Assembly (NCBI GenBank): GCA_038231135.1
Contig: JBBRLX010000005.1
Span: 32,001 to 96,000 of the forward strand
Origin: Candidatus Eiseniibacteriota bacterium
Lineage (GTDB): Bacteria; Eisenbacteria; RBG-16-71-46
DNA length: 64,000 nt
Direction: 5' to 3'
In this document: positions 9,725 to 20,630 of the stretch, one piece after another
Position numbering within the stretch: position 1 is the first letter of the stretch
Layout: each line of letters begins with the position of its first letter
Notes under the pieces: model-generated
Told to the model about the DNA's origin: nothing
Database searches by the model: none
What the model saw: only the letters and a program-made list of their open reading frames with translations
Position numbers and translations under genes: made by a program

Positions 9725-10696
9725 ATGATCGCGTCCGCCGCCGCACCGGTCTCGCGCCACGCCACCACGGGCAGCCGCGCCGCGGCCGTCCGCCGCATGG
9801 CGGCCGCGGCCGTCGCCTTCGCGGTCCTGGCGACGCTGCTCGCGGGCTGCGGTCCCACGTTCCCGGTGGACGGCGCGCGCATGCAGCAGCGCGTGGTCCG
9901 GCAGGTGGCGGCGGGCCCGCGCATCCCCGGCACGCCCGGCCACGCCGCGATCGAAGCGTGGATCGCGAGCGAGCTGACGCGGCTCGGCGCGCGCATCGAA
10001 CATCAAGCGTTCGTGGACTCCTCGCTGGGCGCGCCGATGCGGCTCGTGAACCTGGTCGGGCGCTACGGCCCCGTGGGCGGCCGGCAGATCCTGCTGCTCG
10101 CGCACTGGGACTCGCGCCCGATGTCGGACCAGGATCCCGACCTCGCGCACAAAACGGACCCGGTGCCGGGCGCCAACGATGGCGGCTCCGGCGTCGCGGT
10201 GCTGCTCGAGGTGGCGGAGCTGCTTCACCAGCGGGCGCCGGCGGTCGGCGTGGCGCTGGCGTTCGTCGACGGCGAGGACCAGGGCGAGGCGACGCGCTCG
10301 GACCAGTTCTGCTTCGGCGCCCGCGAGCTGGCCCGCCGGCTGCCACCCGGGTCCGTCACGGCGGCATTCCTGTTCGACATGGTGGGCGACCGGGACCTCG
10401 AGATCCATCCCGAGGTGACTTCCGCGCGCCGCGCGGCGAACCTCGTCGAGCTGGTGAACGATGCCGCGCGGGCGACCGGCGGGCGGCACTTCCGGCCGGG
10501 GCCGCGCTGGGAGCTGACCGACGACCATGTTCCCCTGCTCGACGCCGGCATCCCCGCCGTGGACATTATCGACTTCGACTACCCCGCCTGGCACACCCAC
10601 CGGGACTTACCGGACCAGACGGCGCCCGAGAGCCTGGCCGAGGTGGCCCGGGTCGCCGCGTGGCTGGTGTACCAGAGCCCGCTCGCCAAGCCCTGA
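9725..10696 (+). CDS. M28-family lipoprotein, glutaminyl cyclase-like
   Basis: Lipobox LLAGC; AHWDSRP..D, PGANDGGSG, DGED, DMVGD, TDDH.P, WHT..D. Confidence 0.8.
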   Translation: MIASAAAPVSRHATTGSRAAAVRRMAAAAVAFAVLATLLAGCGPTFPVDGARMQQRVVRQVAAGPRIPGTPGHAAIEAWIASELTRLGARIEHQAFVDSSLGAPMRLVNLVGRYGPVGGRQILLLAHWDSRPMSDQDPDLAHKTDPVPGANDGGSGVAVLLEVAELLHQRAPAVGVALAFVDGEDQGEATRSDQFCFGARELARRLPPGSVTAAFLFDMVGDRDLEIHPEVTSARRAANLVELVNDAARATGGRHFRPGPRWELTDDHVPLLDAGIPAVDIIDFDYPAWHTHRDLPDQTAPESLAEVARVAAWLVYQSPLAKP

Positions 10697-10889
10697 CGAT
10701 TCGGGGACGCCGCCGCTTGACGGATGGCGTATGTTGTTCGGGAGATGGAACTCGCGGTGGGACGGCAGCTGCCCGCCGATGCGCCGACCGAGGCGCCCGA
10801 ACGAACTGATTTCCCGTGGCCCGCGTGCTCCTGCGCTGGGTCAGATGCAGCTTGCCCGGCGGTGAAATCTTAATGTAGTGTGCCGTTCA

Positions 10890-10923
10890 GGAGTGGGGCA
10901 GGTGCGACCACTCCCTTTTGTTT
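10890..10923 (+). promoter_or_regulatory. rimP leader hairpin (terminator-like)
   Basis: GGAGTGG-N11-CCACTCC followed by CTTTTGTTT just upstream of rimP, resembling the known rimP leader motif. Confidence 0.65.
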
Positions 10924-10940
10924 CCCGATCCGGAGTCAAA

Positions 10941-11447
10941 TTGGAAGTCCGAGAAGAGGTTCGACGGCTGGCGCTCCCCCTCGCGGAGGAGTCCGGCTAC
11001 GAGCTGGTGGACGTCGAGCATGCGTTTCTGGGGCGGCATCGCATCCTCCGGGTGCTGCTCGACAAGCCGGGCGGCATCACGGTCGGTGACTGCGCCCGGT
11101 TCAGCCGCCGGTTGGCGGACTGTCTCGATATGAACCAGGTGATGGCGGCCAGCTACCAGCTCGAGGTGAGCTCGCCCGGCATCGAACGTCCGCTCCGGAC
11201 GCTCGAATCCGTGGCGAGGTTCGCGGGGCAGACGGCCTCGTTGACGACGCACGAAGCACGGGACGGACGCCGGAACTGGGATGGGGTGCTGCTCGAGCCG
11301 CAGGCGGAGCGGGTGGGAATCCGCCTCGAGGACGGCAGCGAATGCTGGTTCGATTGGGCCGAGGTGAAGGCCGCCCGGCTGGTGATGCCGGACCCATGGG
11401 GGCACGGGGCCCCTAGGCCCGGAGCAAAGCGGGGAGGAGCGCGATGA
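10941..11447 (+). CDS. rimP: Ribosome maturation factor RimP
   Basis: TTG start after GGAG; YELVDVE, LDKPGGIT..DC, YQLEVSSPGIERPL. Confidence 0.92.
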   Translation: MEVREEVRRLALPLAEESGYELVDVEHAFLGRHRILRVLLDKPGGITVGDCARFSRRLADCLDMNQVMAASYQLEVSSPGIERPLRTLESVARFAGQTASLTTHEARDGRRNWDGVLLEPQAERVGIRLEDGSECWFDWAEVKAARLVMPDPWGHGAPRPGAKRGGAR

Positions 11448-12826
11448 ACCACGAAATTCTGGACGCGTTGAGTCAGATCACGCGGGAAAAGAGCGTGGAC
11501 CGTGCGCTGCTCATCGAGACCCTCGAGGCCGGGCTGGCGAGCGCCGTGCGCAAGAAGTACGGCGCCACCGCGGACGTCGAGGTGCGGTTCGCGAACGAGA
11601 CCGGCACGATCGCGATCGCGCTGCGCAAGACCGTGGTCGAGACCGTCGAGGACGCTGCTCTGCAGCTCACCGTGGAGGGCGCCCGCGCCCACAAATCGGA
11701 TGCGGCGGTGGGCGACGTGCTGACGTTCCCGCTGCCGATCGCCGAGTTCGGCCGCAACGCGATCCAGACCGCGAAGCAGGTGCTGATCCAGCGCGTGCGC
11801 GAGGCGGAGCGCGACAAGGTGTTCCGCGAATACTCCGACAAGATCGGCTCGCTGGTGCGCGGCGTCGTGCAGCAGGTCGACCGCGGCAACGTGATCGTGA
11901 AACTCGACCACTCCGAGGGCTTCCTGCCGGCGCGCGAGCAGATCGCGCGCACCTACCACCGCCAGGGCGACTACGTCCGGGCCGTGGTGATCAACGTCGA
12001 CAAGTCGGCGAAGGGTCCGCAGGTGATCCTGTCGCGCACACATCCCGATTTCCTGCGCCGGCTGTTCGAGGCCGAGGTCCCGGAGATCGCGGAGAGCATC
12101 GTTGAGGTGAAGGCGGTGGCGCGCGAAGCGGGCGCCCGGTCCAAGATCTCCGTGTATTCAAACGATCCGCGGGTGGACGCGGTCGGCTCGTGCGTCGGCC
12201 TCAAGGGCTCGCGCGTGCAGAGCATCGTCCGCGAGCTGGGCGGCGAGCGCATCGACATCGTGCCGTGGTCGCAGGACCCGACGGTGTTCGTGTCGCGCGC
12301 GCTGGCGCCGGCGCGCGTGCTGGACGTGCGGTTCAACGAGCCGGAGAAGACGATGAACGTGGTGGTCGCGGACGATCAGCTGTCGCTCGCGATCGGCAAG
12401 GGTGGTCAGAACGCGCGGCTCGCGGCGCGGCTCACGGGCTGGAAGATCGACCTGATCTCGAAGACCGAGGAGAAGAAGCGCCAGGATGCGGAACGCGCCA
12501 GCCGTGTCGAGGTCGAGAAGCTCGAGCTCGGCGATGCCACCACCGAGAAGCTGATCTCGGAAGGCATCGAGACCGTGCAGGAGCTGATCGCCACACCGCT
12601 CGAGAAGCTGATCGGCATCCCGGGCATCGGCGAGAAGACCGCAGAGAAGATCCTGAGCGTCGCGAACGAGTATCTCGCCGCGCATCCGCCGGTCCCGGCG
12701 GAGCCCGCGCCGGCCGAGCTGGAGTTCACGCCCGAAATGGAGTCGGCGGGCGATGGCGCTGCGGAACGCGCGGGCGACGACGGCGTCGCCCCGGCGATTT
12801 CCGATGGAGGTGAGCACCATGCCTAA
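11444..12826 (+). CDS. nusA: Transcription factor NusA
   Basis: FGRNAIQTAKQV, AREAG.RSKI, VGSCVG.KGSRV, LSLAIGKGGQNARLA; C-terminal HhH. Confidence 0.97.
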   Translation: MNHEILDALSQITREKSVDRALLIETLEAGLASAVRKKYGATADVEVRFANETGTIAIALRKTVVETVEDAALQLTVEGARAHKSDAAVGDVLTFPLPIAEFGRNAIQTAKQVLIQRVREAERDKVFREYSDKIGSLVRGVVQQVDRGNVIVKLDHSEGFLPAREQIARTYHRQGDYVRAVVINVDKSAKGPQVILSRTHPDFLRRLFEAEVPEIAESIVEVKAVAREAGARSKISVYSNDPRVDAVGSCVGLKGSRVQSIVRELGGERIDIVPWSQDPTVFVSRALAPARVLDVRFNEPEKTMNVVVADDQLSLAIGKGGQNARLAARLTGWKIDLISKTEEKKRQDAERASRVEVEKLELGDATTEKLISEGIETVQELIATPLEKLIGIPGIGEKTAEKILSVANEYLAAHPPVPAEPAPAELEFTPEMESAGDGAAERAGDDGVAPAISDGGEHHA

Positions 12827-15125
12827 TTCGGCCACTCCCAAGAAACAGCGGGTGTACGAAGTGGCGAAGGATCTCGGCATGTCGAGCGAGGCGGTCCTCG
12901 TGATCGTGAAGCGGCTCGGTGTCGACGTGAAGAACCACATGAGCACGCTGGCGACCGACATCGTCGACAAGGTGCGCGCGGAGCTGAACCAGGAGAAGAC
13001 CGCCGTCCGCGAGGCCGACGCGCGCAAGCACGAGCACGAGCAGCAGCGCATCCGCGAGGAGCGGGCACGCGCGCAGGCGGCCGCTGCGGCCGCGCCGCGT
13101 CCCGCCGTGGCGGCGCCGGCGACCGCACGCGCGGCGGCGCCCACCACTCAGTCGCGCCCGCCGCTCGGCGCCGGTTCGGGGCCGCGGCCGCTGACCCATG
13201 CCCCGCACGGCGCGCCCAAGCGGCGCGACCGCAAGAAGAAGAAGGTCGTCGACGAGACGCTGGTGATGGAGAACGTCCGCAAGACGCTCGCGAGCCTCGA
13301 CGGCGGCGGCGCGCGGCGCCGCCGGCATCGCCGCGACGACGAGAACGGCGAGATCGCGGTCGAGGAATCGAAGATCCTGCGCGCCACCGAATTCATCACG
13401 GTGGCCGACCTCGCGAACCTCATGCAGATCCGCCCACAGGAAGTGATCGCGGCGTGCATGAAGCTCGGCCTGATGGCGACGATCAACAAGCGGCTCGACA
13501 AGGACTCGATCCTCACCGTCGCCGACGAGTTCGGCTACGGCGTGGAGTTCGTGTCGGAATACGGCGAGGAGGAGGACGAGTTCGCCGAGGAGGTCACGAC
13601 CGGCGAGCAGCTCACCCGTGCCCCGGTCGTCACGATCATGGGTCACGTCGACCACGGCAAGACCTCCCTGCTCGACTACGTCCGCAAGACCAACGTCATC
13701 GCCGGCGAGGCGGGCGGCATCACGCAGCACATCGGCGCTTACGACGTCGAGCTCGCGAACGGCCGCAAGATCTGCTTCCTCGACACCCCCGGCCACGAGG
13801 CGTTCACGGCGATGCGCGCCCGCGGCGCACAGGTCACCGACGTCGTCGTGCTGGTGGTGGCGGCTGACGACCGCGTCATGCCGCAGACGATCGAAGCGAT
13901 CGACCACGCGAAGGCGGCGAACGTGCCGATCGTGGTCGCGATCAACAAGATCGACCTGCCGTCGGCGCGGCCGGACCTGGTCAAGCAGGAGCTTGCGGCC
14001 CACGGCGTCGTCGTCGAGGAATACGGCGGCAAGGCGGTGTCGGTCGAGATCTCGGCGAAGAAGGGCACGAACGTCGACAAGCTGCTCGAGATGATCCTGC
14101 TGGTGTCGGATCTGCTCGACTTGAAGGCCGACCCCGACCGCCGCGCGCGGGGCGTGGTCATCGAGGCCCGCGTGGAGCAGGGCCGCGGCGTCGTGGTCAG
14201 CGTGCTGATCCAGCAGGGCACGCTGCACGTCGGCGACGCGTTCGTGGCCGGGCAGCACTCGGGCCGCGTGCGGGCGCTGTTCGACGAGCGCCAGAAGCTG
14301 GTGCCGTCGGCGGGGCCGTCGACGCCGGTCGAGGTGCTGGGCTGGAGCGGCACGCCGGCCGCGGGCGATCACTTCGCGAGCTTCGAGGACGAGCGCGAGG
14401 CGCGCGAGATCGCGTCCAAGCGCGCGGCGCTGCATCGCGAGCAGGAGTTCCGCGCGGCGAAGGCGATCTCGCTGAGCGACTTCTACGGCCGCGTCAGCCA
14501 GGGTGAGACCAACGAGCTCAAGCTGATCGTGAAGGGCGACGTGGACGGCTCGGTCGAGGCGCTGGCGGAATCGTTCGTCAAGCTCGGCAACGCCGAGGTG
14601 AAGGTCAACGTGATCCGTCAGGCCGTGGGGCAGATCACCGAGTCCGACGTGATGCTCGCGACGGCATCGGGCGCGATCATCGTCGGGTTCCACGTGCGTC
14701 CGGACGTCAAGGCGCGCGAGATCGCGGAGCGCGAGAAGGTCGAGATCCGCCTGTACGACATCATCTACAAGGCCGTCGAAGAGGTGAAGTCCGCGCTCGA
14801 GGGCATGCTCAAGCCCGAAATCAAGGAAGTCGTGCTCGGCGCGGCCGAGGTGCGCCAGACGTTCCGCATCTCCAAGACCGGCACGATCGCCGGCTGCATG
14901 GTGGTGTCCGGCACGATCCCCCGCACCGGCAGGGTGCGGCTGCTGCGCGATGGCGTGGTGGTGTGGACGGGCCGCATCGACGCGCTCAAGCGCTTCAAGG
15001 ACGACGCGCGTGAAGTCCAGACCGGCTTCGAGTGCGGCATCAGCCTCGACGGGATGAACGACCTGAAGGTGGGTGACGTCATCGAGTCGTTCACCACCGA
15101 AGAGGTCGCCCGCACCCTCGCCTAG
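12819..15125 (+). CDS. infB: Translation initiation factor IF-2
   Basis: ATG after [40 protein letters not shown]. Confidence 0.97.
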   Translation: MPNSATPKKQRVYEVAKDLGMSSEAVLVIVKRLGVDVKNHMSTLATDIVDKVRAELNQEKTAVREADARKHEHEQQRIREERARAQAAAAAAPRPAVAAPATARAAAPTTQSRPPLGAGSGPRPLTHAPHGAPKRRDRKKKKVVDETLVMENVRKTLASLDGGGARRRRHRRDDENGEIAVEESKILRATEFITVADLANLMQIRPQEVIAACMKLGLMATINKRLDKDSILTVADEFGYGVEFVSEYGEEEDEFAEEVTTGEQLTRAPVVTIMGHVDHGKTSLLDYVRKTNVIAGEAGGITQHIGAYDVELANGRKICFLDTPGHEAFTAMRARGAQVTDVVVLVVAADDRVMPQTIEAIDHAKAANVPIVVAINKIDLPSARPDLVKQELAAHGVVVEEYGGKAVSVEISAKKGTNVDKLLEMILLVSDLLDLKADPDRRARGVVIEARVEQGRGVVVSVLIQQGTLHVGDAFVAGQHSGRVRALFDERQKLVPSAGPSTPVEVLGWSGTPAAGDHFASFEDEREAREIASKRAALHREQEFRAAKAISLSDFYGRVSQGETNELKLIVKGDVDGSVEALAESFVKLGNAEVKVNVIRQAVGQITESDVMLATASGAIIVGFHVRPDVKAREIAEREKVEIRLYDIIYKAVEEVKSALEGMLKPEIKEVVLGAAEVRQTFRISKTGTIAGCMVVSGTIPRTGRVRLLRDGVVVWTGRIDALKRFKDDAREVQTGFECGISLDGMNDLKVGDVIESFTTEEVARTLA

Positions 15126-15137
15126 CGGGTTCCGAAG

Positions 15138-15419
15138 ATGTTCGTCGGCGTCGTGCGCATCGAGCTCCACATTCCGGGCGCCCGGTCCCTCAAGGACAAG
15201 CGCTCGGTGGTGCGCTCGCTCAAGGATCGTATCCGCCAGCGCGTGCAGGCCGCCGTGGCCGAGGTGGACCATCAGGACCTGTGGCAGCGGGCCGCACTCG
15301 GCGTCGCCGTGGTGTCGGGGGAGCGCGGGCAGGTCGATTCGATGCTGCAATCCGTCCGCCACATCGCCGACTCCGCGCCCGAGGCGCTGGTGATCGACTG
15401 GCAGGAGCAATTCCTATGA
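15138..15419 (+). CDS. DUF503 (YlxP) family protein
   Basis: SLKDKRSVVRSL..AEVDHQDLWQRA.LG; located between infB and rbfA. Confidence 0.9.
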   Translation: MFVGVVRIELHIPGARSLKDKRSVVRSLKDRIRQRVQAAVAEVDHQDLWQRAALGVAVVSGERGQVDSMLQSVRHIADSAPEALVIDWQEQFL

Positions 15420-15793
15420 AGATCCGTCCCGAACGTGTGGCGCAGCGAATCCATCGCGAGACCGCGGAGATCCTCGAGCGCCGGCTGCGCGACCCCGGTC
15501 TCAGCCATTGGATCAACATCACCGGCGTGGACGTGAACCACGACCTGTCGCTGGCGCGCATCTACATCACCGTCCTGAACGAGGGCGACGAGCGCGAGCG
15601 CACGCTGGCCGCGCTGCAGCGGGCGCAGGGCTTCGTGCGCCACGAGCTCGCGACCCGGCTGGGTCTGCGCGAGATGCCCGAGGTGCGGTTCCTGCTCGAC
15701 CCGTCGGTCGAGCGCGGCGCGCGTGTCGACGAGCTGCTGCGGCGGCTCGAGACCGGTGAGCCGCTGCCGGACGAATCCGGGGACGACGAGTGA
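15416..15793 (+). CDS. rbfA: Ribosome-binding factor A
   Basis: ATGA overlap; RPERVA, LRDP, DLSLARIY, GFVR, P...F..D.S.E.G. Confidence 0.93.
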   Translation: MKIRPERVAQRIHRETAEILERRLRDPGLSHWINITGVDVNHDLSLARIYITVLNEGDERERTLAALQRAQGFVRHELATRLGLREMPEVRFLLDPSVERGARVDELLRRLETGEPLPDESGDDE

Positions 15794-16782
15794 TCGAGGA
15801 CGCGACCCGCACGCCGGCGCCGGCGGCCGCAGGCGCCGCCGCGCCGCGCCTGGGACTGCTGATCGTCGACAAGCCGGGCGGGATGACGTCGCACGACGTG
15901 ATCGACATCGTGCGCCGGCGGTTCCGCGAACGCGCCGCGGGTCATCTGGGTACGCTCGACCCCGCGGCCACCGGGTTGCTGGCCGTGGCGCTCGGACCGG
16001 CGACCCGCTGTGCGTCGGTGTGGCAGGGCGGCGAGAAGACCTACGACGCGGTGCTGCGGTTCGGCATCGCGACCACGACCCAGGACATGACGGGCGAGGT
16101 GACCGGTACCTGGCCGGTTGCGATCGACGCCGCGGCGATCCGCGCGGCGACGTCCGCGTTCACCGGCGACGTGATGCAGGTTCCGCCGATGGTGTCGGCG
16201 GTGCGGGTCGGCGGCGAGCGGCTGTACCGGCTGGCGCGGCGCGGCATCACGGTGGACCGCGACCCGCGGCCGGTGCACGTCGCGAGCTGGGACTGGCTGG
16301 CGTTCGACCTGCCGCTCGCCCGGTTCCGGGTGCGCTGCTCGGGCGGCACCTACGTGCGCACGCTCGCGCACGATCTCGGTGCCGCACTCGGCTGCGGCGC
16401 GGCGCTCGAATCGCTGCGCCGCAGCCGCAGCGAGCCGTTCGACCTGGCGCGCGCGGTGACCACGCGCGAGCTGCAGACGCTGGACCCGGAGGACTGCTGG
16501 GAGCGCGCCGGCATCCCGCTCGACCGGGCGCTGGGCGTGCTGCCGGCGCTGGCGCTCGATGCCGCCGAAACGCTCACGCTCGGCTGCGGCGGCGCGATTC
16601 CGCTGACGGCCGCACGTGCCGCCGCGCTGCCGCTGGGTGCGGGGCCGCGCTCGATCGTGTTCCGTGACCTGGGCGGCGCGGCGCTCGGGCTCGGCGAAGT
16701 GGCCGCGGACGGCGGCGCTGGGACCGCGCGCCCGCAGGTGGTGTTCCCGTGGGTGGTGCGCGACGGCAGGCCCGAAGTGTGA
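15790..16782 (+). CDS. truB: tRNA pseudouridine(55) synthase
   Basis: DKPGGMTSHD, GHLGTLDP.ATG, QVPPMVSA, CSGGTYVRTLAHDLG. Confidence 0.95.
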   Translation: MIEDATRTPAPAAAGAAAPRLGLLIVDKPGGMTSHDVIDIVRRRFRERAAGHLGTLDPAATGLLAVALGPATRCASVWQGGEKTYDAVLRFGIATTTQDMTGEVTGTWPVAIDAAAIRAATSAFTGDVMQVPPMVSAVRVGGERLYRLARRGITVDRDPRPVHVASWDWLAFDLPLARFRVRCSGGTYVRTLAHDLGAALGCGAALESLRRSRSEPFDLARAVTTRELQTLDPEDCWERAGIPLDRALGVLPALALDAAETLTLGCGGAIPLTAARAAALPLGAGPRSIVFRDLGGAALGLGEVAADGGAGTARPQVVFPWVVRDGRPEV

Positions 16783-17708
16783 GCGCGGCCGTGGCCGTGG
16801 GCATCTTCGACGGGCTCCACCGCGGGCACCAGGACCTGCTGGGCCGGGCGCTGGAGATCGCGGCCGTGCGCCAGACGCGGACCGTGGTCGTGACGTTCGA
16901 CCCCCATCCCGACGTGGTGCTGTCGCGATCGTTCCGGGCGCCGGCGCCGCTGACCCCGCTGCCCGAGAAACGCGAGCGGCTGCTCGCGATGGGCATCGCC
17001 CAGGTCGAGGTGCTGCCGTTCACGCGCGAACTGGCCGGGCTCGATCCTGAGGAATTCGTCGACCGCCACCTGGTCGCGCGGTTCGCGCCGCACGCGCTCG
17101 TCGTGGGAGCGGACTTCGCGCTCGGCCGTGGCCGGTCGGGAACCGTGCCGCGGCTGCGCGAGATCGGCCGGACTCGGGGGTTCGACGTGCACGCGGTGCC
17201 GCTGATCGAGCTGGAGGGCGGGCCGGTGACGAGCACCCGCATCCGCGGTCTGCTCGAGGCGGGCCAGGTCGCCGCGGCCGGGCGGCTGCTGGGGCGGCCA
17301 TACGATCTTGCGGGCCGGGTGGTGACCGGCGATGGCATCGGGCGCACGCTCGGGTGCCCGACCGCGAACCTCAGGCTCCACGACGAGAAACTCGTCCCCG
17401 ACAACGGCATCTACGCGGTGTGGGCCCGGATCGGGACGGAATCCGGGCACCGCCCGGCGGCGATGAGCATCGGCGTGCGGCCCACGTTCGGCGGCCAGGT
17501 GCGCACGCTCGAAGTTCACCTGCTCGACTGGTCCGGCGAACTGGTCGGTCGCGAACTGACCGTGGAGTTCGTGGACTGGCTCAGGCCCGAGCTCAAGTTC
17601 GACGGTCCGGAGGCCCTAAGGGCCGCGATTGCGGACGATCTCGACCAAATCCGGGCCCGATTGGCCGCCGAGTCCCGGCAAATTGCCAGTCCGGGCCAGC
17701 CGTGTTAG
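16779..17708 (+). CDS. ribF: Riboflavin kinase / FAD synthetase
   Basis: G.FDGLHRGHQ, TFDPHP, VG.DF..G, STRIR, GRTLG.PTAN, G.RPTF, EVHLLD. Confidence 0.95.
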   Translation: MSAAVAVGIFDGLHRGHQDLLGRALEIAAVRQTRTVVVTFDPHPDVVLSRSFRAPAPLTPLPEKRERLLAMGIAQVEVLPFTRELAGLDPEEFVDRHLVARFAPHALVVGADFALGRGRSGTVPRLREIGRTRGFDVHAVPLIELEGGPVTSTRIRGLLEAGQVAAAGRLLGRPYDLAGRVVTGDGIGRTLGCPTANLRLHDEKLVPDNGIYAVWARIGTESGHRPAAMSIGVRPTFGGQVRTLEVHLLDWSGELVGRELTVEFVDWLRPELKFDGPEALRAAIADDLDQIRARLAAESRQIASPGQPC

Positions 17709-17711
17709 ATT
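17683..17711 (+). promoter_or_regulatory. Sigma70-type promoter for rpsO
   Basis: TTGCCA-N17-TAGATT with extended TG. Confidence 0.55.
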
Positions 17712-17822
17712 GCACGGTCGCCTGCTGTTAGGCGTGCTGCACTTCCGGCTCGGACACGCGAGAACTTGCACTCGGTGCTCACGGGCCTCCGATACTCACA
17801 ATCCATGCAGGAGGTGACCGCT

Positions 17823-18092
17823 GTGACGCTCTCCAAGGAGCAGAAGCAGGGGATCATCGGAAAGTTCAAGATTCACGAAGGGGATTCCGGTTCGCCGGAG
17901 GTACAGATCGCCCTTCTCACGGAAAAGATCCACTACCTGACCGACCACTTCAAGGTGCACAAGCGGGACCACGCCTCGCGGCGCGGTCTGCTGCGTATGG
18001 TCGGGCAACGCCGGCGGTTGCTGGATTACCTCAAGGCAACCAAGGTGGACCGTTACCGCAAGGTGGTGAAGGATCTGGGACTGCGCCGCTAG
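17823..18092 (+). CDS. rpsO: 30S ribosomal protein S15
   Basis: GTG after GGAGGTG gives 89 aa; [27 protein letters not shown]. Confidence 0.97.
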   Translation: MTLSKEQKQGIIGKFKIHEGDSGSPEVQIALLTEKIHYLTDHFKVHKRDHASRRGLLRMVGQRRRLLDYLKATKVDRYRKVVKDLGLRR

Positions 18093-18114
18093 GGCGCGCC
18101 CGGCAGCGAGCACA

Positions 18115-18145
18115 GGGACGCGGGCCAAGGCGGCCCGCGTTTCCC
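18115..18145 (+). promoter_or_regulatory. GC-rich hairpin between rpsO and pnp (terminator or processing site)
   Basis: GGGACGCGGGCC-AAGGC-GGCCCGCGTTTCCC. Confidence 0.45.
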
Positions 18146-18257
18146 ACTGCGCGGACATTGGTTTTCGCGCACGCCGCTTTGCATACGATTGCGAGAGCGG
18201 CGACGAGTGCGTCCCGGCGGGTGCCGGACGCGTAGGCGAGAGGCAGGAAGGTACTTA

Positions 18258-20471
18258 ATGGCAGAGCAGAAGGTTCAATTGGAGCTCGGGGGTCAGACCC
18301 TCACGATCAGCACCGGCAAAATGGCGAAGCTCGCCGGTGGATCGGCCCTGGTGCGGCTGGGCGACACGATGGTGCTGGTGGCGGCGAGTGCGGCGAAGAA
18401 TCCGACGCTGGGACGCGATTTCATTCCGCTGACCTGTGATTACCGCGAGCGTACCTACGCCGCGGGCAAGATCCCCGGCGGCTTCTTCAAGCGCGAGGGG
18501 CGTCCGACCGAGAAGGAAGTGCTGAGTTCGCGGCTCATCGACCGTCCGGTCCGGCCGCTGTTCTCGAAGCAGTTCCCGTACGAAACCCAGATCATGGCGA
18601 CCGTGATGTCGTCCGACCAGGAGAACGACGCCGACGTGCTCGCGCTGATCGGCGCGTCCGCGGCGCTGTGCCTGTCGGACATCCCGTTCCCCGAGCCGAT
18701 CGCCGCCGTGCGCGTCGGCCGCGTGGACGGTCAGTTCATCGTCATGCCGACCGGCACGCAGCTCGACGACAGCGACATGGACATGGTGGTCGCCGGCACC
18801 GCCGAGAACATCATCATGGTCGAAGGCGGCTGCCGTGAGATCGCCGAGCAGGACATGATCGCGGCGCTCGAATTCGCGATGGACAACATCCGCAAGCTGG
18901 TGCAGCTCCAGGTCGAGCTGATCGGGCGCGCGCCCAAGACCAAGCGGCCGCTGCTGCCGGCGCCCGACGTCGCGGCGCTCAAGCACGATCTCGAGCAGGC
19001 GTTCCGCACGCGGCTGCGCGACGCGATCCGCATCCCGGGCAAGGAGGCGCGGCAGGAGGAGATCGACCGCATCTCGCTCGACGCGACCGCCCAGTTCAAG
19101 GACAAGCACGCCGAGCAGGAGAGCTTCATCGGCAAGCTGCTGCACGACGTCGAGCGCGAGGAGCTGCGCAACACGATCCTCGATCAGGGCATTCGCACCG
19201 ACGGCCGCGGCCTCAACGACATCCGGCCGATCACGATCGAGGTGGGAACGCTGCCGCGCACCCACGGCTCGTGCCTGTTCACGCGGGGCGAGACCCAGGC
19301 GATCGGCGTCGCGACGCTCGGCACCAAGAGCGACGAGCAGCGCGTCGAGGAGCTCGAGGGCCAGTCGTGGAAGTCGTACATGCTGCACTACAACTTCCCG
19401 CCGTTCAGCGTCGGCGAGACGCGTCCGATCCGTGGCCCGGGCCGGCGCGAAATCGGCCACGGTGCGCTGGCGGAGCGGGCGATCGAGCCGGTGATCCCGG
19501 CCGAGACGCACTTCCCGTACACGATCCGCATCGTGAGCGACATCCTCGAGTCCAACGGCAGCTCGTCGATGGCGACGGTGTGCGCGGGCTCGCTGGCGCT
19601 GATGGACGCGGGCGTGCCGATCAAGGCGCCGGTCGCGGGGATCGCGATGGGCCTGATCAAGGAGGGCGATCGCGTCGCAGTGCTCACCGACATCCTGGGC
19701 GTCGAGGATCATCTCGGCGACATGGACTTCAAGGTGACCGGCACGCGTGACGGCGTCACCGCGTTCCAGATGGACACGAAGATCGGCGGCATCTCGTTCC
19801 AGGTGATGTCGGACGCTCTCGACCGCGCGCGTCAGGCGCGGCTGTTCATCCTCGACAAGATGGCGCAGACGCTGGCGGCGCCGCGCGCAGAGATGTCGCC
19901 GTTCGCGCCCCGCATCACGATCCTCACGATCAACCCGGACAAGATCCGCGAGATCATCGGCCCCGGTGGCAAGATCATCAAGCGCATCACCGAGGAGACG
20001 GGCACGCAGATCGACATCGAGGACACGGGAGAAGTGCGGATCGCCGCGGTGAACAGCGAAGGCAGCCGCCGCGCCGAGGAGATGATCCGCAACATCACCG
20101 AGGATCCGGAGCCGGGCCGCGTGTACCAGGGCAAGGTGCGCAGCGTGGTCACGTTCGGCGCGTTCGTCGAGATCGTGCCCGGCCGCGACGGCCTGCTGCA
20201 CATCTCGGAGATCGATCACCATCGCGTGGCGAAGACCGAGGACGTGCTCAACGTCGGCGACATGGTGATGGTGAAGGTGATCGGAGTCGACCGCGACGGG
20301 AAGATCCGCCTGTCCCGCAAGGCGCTGCTGCCGGAGCCGGAGGGTGGCGTGCCGGCCGGAGCAGGGGCCGGCGGCGGAGAGCGTGGTTACGGCGGTGGTG
20401 GTGGTGGTGGCGGGCACCGGGGCGACCGCGATCGCGGGCCCCGGGATCGCGACCGGGAGCGCCGTCGGTAG
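18258..20471 (+). CDS. pnp: Polynucleotide phosphorylase
   Basis: [51 protein letters not shown] and S1 domains. Confidence 0.98.
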   Translation: MAEQKVQLELGGQTLTISTGKMAKLAGGSALVRLGDTMVLVAASAAKNPTLGRDFIPLTCDYRERTYAAGKIPGGFFKREGRPTEKEVLSSRLIDRPVRPLFSKQFPYETQIMATVMSSDQENDADVLALIGASAALCLSDIPFPEPIAAVRVGRVDGQFIVMPTGTQLDDSDMDMVVAGTAENIIMVEGGCREIAEQDMIAALEFAMDNIRKLVQLQVELIGRAPKTKRPLLPAPDVAALKHDLEQAFRTRLRDAIRIPGKEARQEEIDRISLDATAQFKDKHAEQESFIGKLLHDVEREELRNTILDQGIRTDGRGLNDIRPITIEVGTLPRTHGSCLFTRGETQAIGVATLGTKSDEQRVEELEGQSWKSYMLHYNFPPFSVGETRPIRGPGRREIGHGALAERAIEPVIPAETHFPYTIRIVSDILESNGSSSMATVCAGSLALMDAGVPIKAPVAGIAMGLIKEGDRVAVLTDILGVEDHLGDMDFKVTGTRDGVTAFQMDTKIGGISFQVMSDALDRARQARLFILDKMAQTLAAPRAEMSPFAPRITILTINPDKIREIIGPGGKIIKRITEETGTQIDIEDTGEVRIAAVNSEGSRRAEEMIRNITEDPEPGRVYQGKVRSVVTFGAFVEIVPGRDGLLHISEIDHHRVAKTEDVLNVGDMVMVKVIGVDRDGKIRLSRKALLPEPEGGVPAGAGAGGGERGYGGGGGGGGHRGDRDRGPRDRDRERRR

Positions 20472-20498
20472 GGTTCGCAGCCTCAACGTGTTGGCGTG

Positions 20499-20532
20499 CA
20501 ACGTGGCGGGGCGACCCGCCACGTTGTGTTTT
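20499..20532 (+). terminator. Intrinsic terminator after pnp
   Basis: 12-bp stem CAACGTGGCGGG / CCCGCCACGTTG with GCGA loop, followed by TGTTTT. Confidence 0.75.
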
Positions 20533-20630
20533 AGGCGGCACGGAAGGTGCGAAGCTCATCCAACAGTAGAGATGCAACCTCCTTCGGGAATCCGATCCCG
20601 CGCTGCGCCCCCGCCGTCATCCGAGGGGTC

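Noticed and set aside
4951..9996. 1681-aa minus-strand ORF
   Set aside because: Antisense shadow of sprA caused by GC-rich codon bias; no recognisable motifs
10697..10880. Possible small ORF or RNA upstream of the rimP leader
   Set aside because: Only short stems and an unconvincing peptide; not supportable by eye
20391..20413. Poly-Gly (GGT)n tract at the end of pnp
   Set aside because: Ordinary low-complexity tail; a triplet repeat cannot shift the frame
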